IMG/VR virus record: IMGVR_UViG_3300037478_000497
Coordinates: 1-33,488 of that record
DNA length: 33,488 bases
Direction: 5' to 3' (one strand)
Source: a virus
Taxonomy: Duplodnaviria; Caudoviricetes
Positions 32,040-33,488 of this stretch are shown piece after piece. Position 1 is the stretch's first letter; each line of letters begins with the position of its first letter. A program made the translations under genes and the position numbers. The notes beneath the pieces were generated by a model. The model was given only the letters and a program-made list of their open reading frames with translations. It was not told where the DNA came from and searched no databases.

Positions 32040-32750
32040 TTACCTTGATAATCCCGCGACCATCCAGAGTCTCGACCGGTCCGCCTCGGTCAGGGTACGG
32101 CGTCTGACAGTGCCATTGGGACCGACGTTTCCCTCGACAATCTCGGTCTCGGTCACCGCGATGGCGACATGCCCATGCCAGGACCCTGGATCGCCACGAT
32201 CCCAGCACACGAGCGTGCCGGGGCCGACCGCGTCTAGGCTCCTCGATTCCCAGCCGACCGCGCCTACGTTGCGGGTCAGGCGCTTGGCGCCGCCGGAGCG
32301 CCGGAACGGCAGCGAGACGCCGAGACGCCGAGACGCCTCCTCGTAGCAGTAGCCGACGAAATAAGCGCACCAGCTGCCGCCGTCCCTGTCCGGGTGAGCG
32401 TACCTGCGGATCGCGGGGCCGCGATTCTGCCCCTCAGTTTCTTCCTGGCCGATCTCCTCGATCGCGACCAGCGACGCTATCTCGGACAGCGACATAGCAG
32501 TGTCCGGAACTTCCAGTTTCGGACGAACTGGAACGTCACTAGAATATGGCTCCACCGCGGCGCCGTACTCGATCGCGCGCACGACGGAGGCGAGTGACTC
32601 GAGGGTGCGTGGACCGAATTTGCCGTCTCTCGTGAGCCCGAACACCGCCTGCCAGCATTCGACCAGACACGCGAGCTCGGCTTCGGACGGACGGATCTGT
32701 CTTGCGTTGTACAGCTTGGCGGATGCGAGTGCTGCTTTGGATATGGTCAT
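32040..32750 (-). CDS. Endolysin: peptidoglycan-binding motif + CHAP domain
   Basis: WQ..FGL..DGKFGPRT (PG-binding type); EIG..E....N.G..I..Y...WCAYFV (catalytic Cys), GHVAI (His), VEGN; AAGGAGG RBS. Confidence 0.85.
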   Translation of the reverse strand: MTISKAALASAKLYNARQIRPSEAELACLVECWQAVFGLTRDGKFGPRTLESLASVVRAIEYGAAVEPYSSDVPVRPKLEVPDTAMSLSEIASLVAIEEIGQEETEGQNRGPAIRRYAHPDRDGGSWCAYFVGYCYEEASRRLGVSLPFRRSGGAKRLTRNVGAVGWESRSLDAVGPGTLVCWDRGDPGSWHGHVAIAVTETEIVEGNVGPNGTVRRRTLTEADRSRLWMVAGLSR

Positions 32751-33061
32751 GGCTCCTCCTTGACGCGTCTCATCTGCTCAATCCTCAGGGCGAGCCACGC
32801 GAGCATTTCCTCGGCGTCGCGTTTCGAGAGCACAACTTCGGCGCCGAATCCGTAGCGGCAGACCGAGTGGGGACGAAAGACGAATCGAACCGCACGCCGG
32901 ACCCGCTCCCACCAGGATGCGCTCGGGTCAAGGGCGAGGTGCATATACCATTCGCCCTCGCCCTCGTAGTAGTTCATCGCGACCATGTGACTACCTGCGC
33001 TGCACGAGCACTGAGCTACGAGCGCGTACTCACCGCGCTCGCCCGCGCCGAGGAGGATCAC
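32747..33061 (-). CDS. Hypothetical protein (CxC...H)
   Basis: GAGGAG RBS; overlaps both neighbours. Confidence 0.7.
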   Translation of the reverse strand: MILLGAGERGEYALVAQCSCSAGSHMVAMNYYEGEGEWYMHLALDPSASWWERVRRAVRFVFRPHSVCRYGFGAEVVLSKRDAEEMLAWLALRIEQMRRVKEEP

Positions 33062-33318
33062 GACTCCTCTTTCGGCCCAGCTGCGAGAGCGGCGCGGAGA
33101 TCTTGCTCGGTCTCGCGCTCCAGGTTCGCCACGAGCGCCTCGGCCTTGTCACGCTCTTGCCAGGCGCTGGCCTTGTCGCGCAGTGCACGCTCGTCCAGAG
33201 CCACTAGCGCTTCCAGCTCCGCGATGCGTCGCATCGCGCAGTTGTGGTGCCCTGGGCAGCTCCAGCAGCCGTTCCAGTGGTTGATTCCGGGGATGTCGGG
33301 ATAGGGTAGGTTGCTCAC
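33058..33318 (-). CDS. Hypothetical protein (CxxC..H.C + coiled coil)
   Basis: AAGGAGG RBS, GTGA overlaps. Confidence 0.7.
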   Translation of the reverse strand: MSNLPYPDIPGINHWNGCWSCPGHHNCAMRRIAELEALVALDERALRDKASAWQERDKAEALVANLERETEQDLRAALAAGPKEES

Positions 33319-33488
33319 GGTTCCTCCTTCGGTTCAGCCGCGAGGGCGGTAGGTCGGACGCAGTCGTCCGGGTAGAACTCGGCCACGACCTTGAGGCGGT
33401 CTTCCTCGCCGTTCTCGTCGCAGATCCAGACCTCGGCGGTGTACGGGACCTGGTGTCCGCCGGCCTTGATGCTGGCGACGGCCTCGAG
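33315..33488 (-). CDS. Partial CDS (5' end outside the window)
   Basis: Open frame ...LEAVASIKAGGHQVPYTAEVWICDENGEEDRLKVVAEFYPDDCVRPTALAAEPKEEP, stop overlapping the next GTG. Confidence 0.65.
   Translation of the reverse strand, partial: LEAVASIKAGGHQVPYTAEVWICDENGEEDRLKVVAEFYPDDCVRPTALAAEPKEEP

Noticed and set aside
32747-33330. Three consecutive proteins ending KEEP/KEES/KEEP as a shared C-terminal signal
   Set aside because: Explained by the overlapping AAGGAGG-type RBS of the next gene.

Overview
This is a 33.5-kb, GC-rich segment of a tailed dsDNA phage or prophage. It is siphovirus-like, with a tail tube and a 631-aa tape measure but no sheath. The host is probably a diderm, possibly a myxobacterium; this is inferred from five lipoproteins, several of them Cys-rich. 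Left to right, the window holds: (1) a lipoprotein, a divergent ATP-dependent ligase and a possible displaced tail-completion gene; (2) an inverted operon of RHH regulator, fibre-type protein, Gly/Ala repeat protein, sulfotransferase and HNH nuclease; (3) the morphogenesis operon, with a methyltransferase and a glycosyltransferase between portal and scaffold, G/GT chaperones with a -1 frameshift, and tail proteins carrying PKD/LamG domains; (4) an antisense Cys-rich lipoprotein inside the tail operon; (5) a membrane/lysis cluster with two apparent spanin pairs and a holin; (6) a minus-strand array of small genes with its own sigma70-type promoter; (7) a CHAP endolysin. The clearest unannotated signal is a complete type II hammerhead ribozyme on the minus strand (31595-31647), directly abutting the RBS of a gene in that array. 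The most interesting system-level hypothesis is phage-encoded virion glycan decoration by the glycosyltransferase, methyltransferase and sulfotransferase. No integrase, replication genes, tRNA or CRISPR array were seen. All product calls come from motif reading and synteny; no database searches were run.
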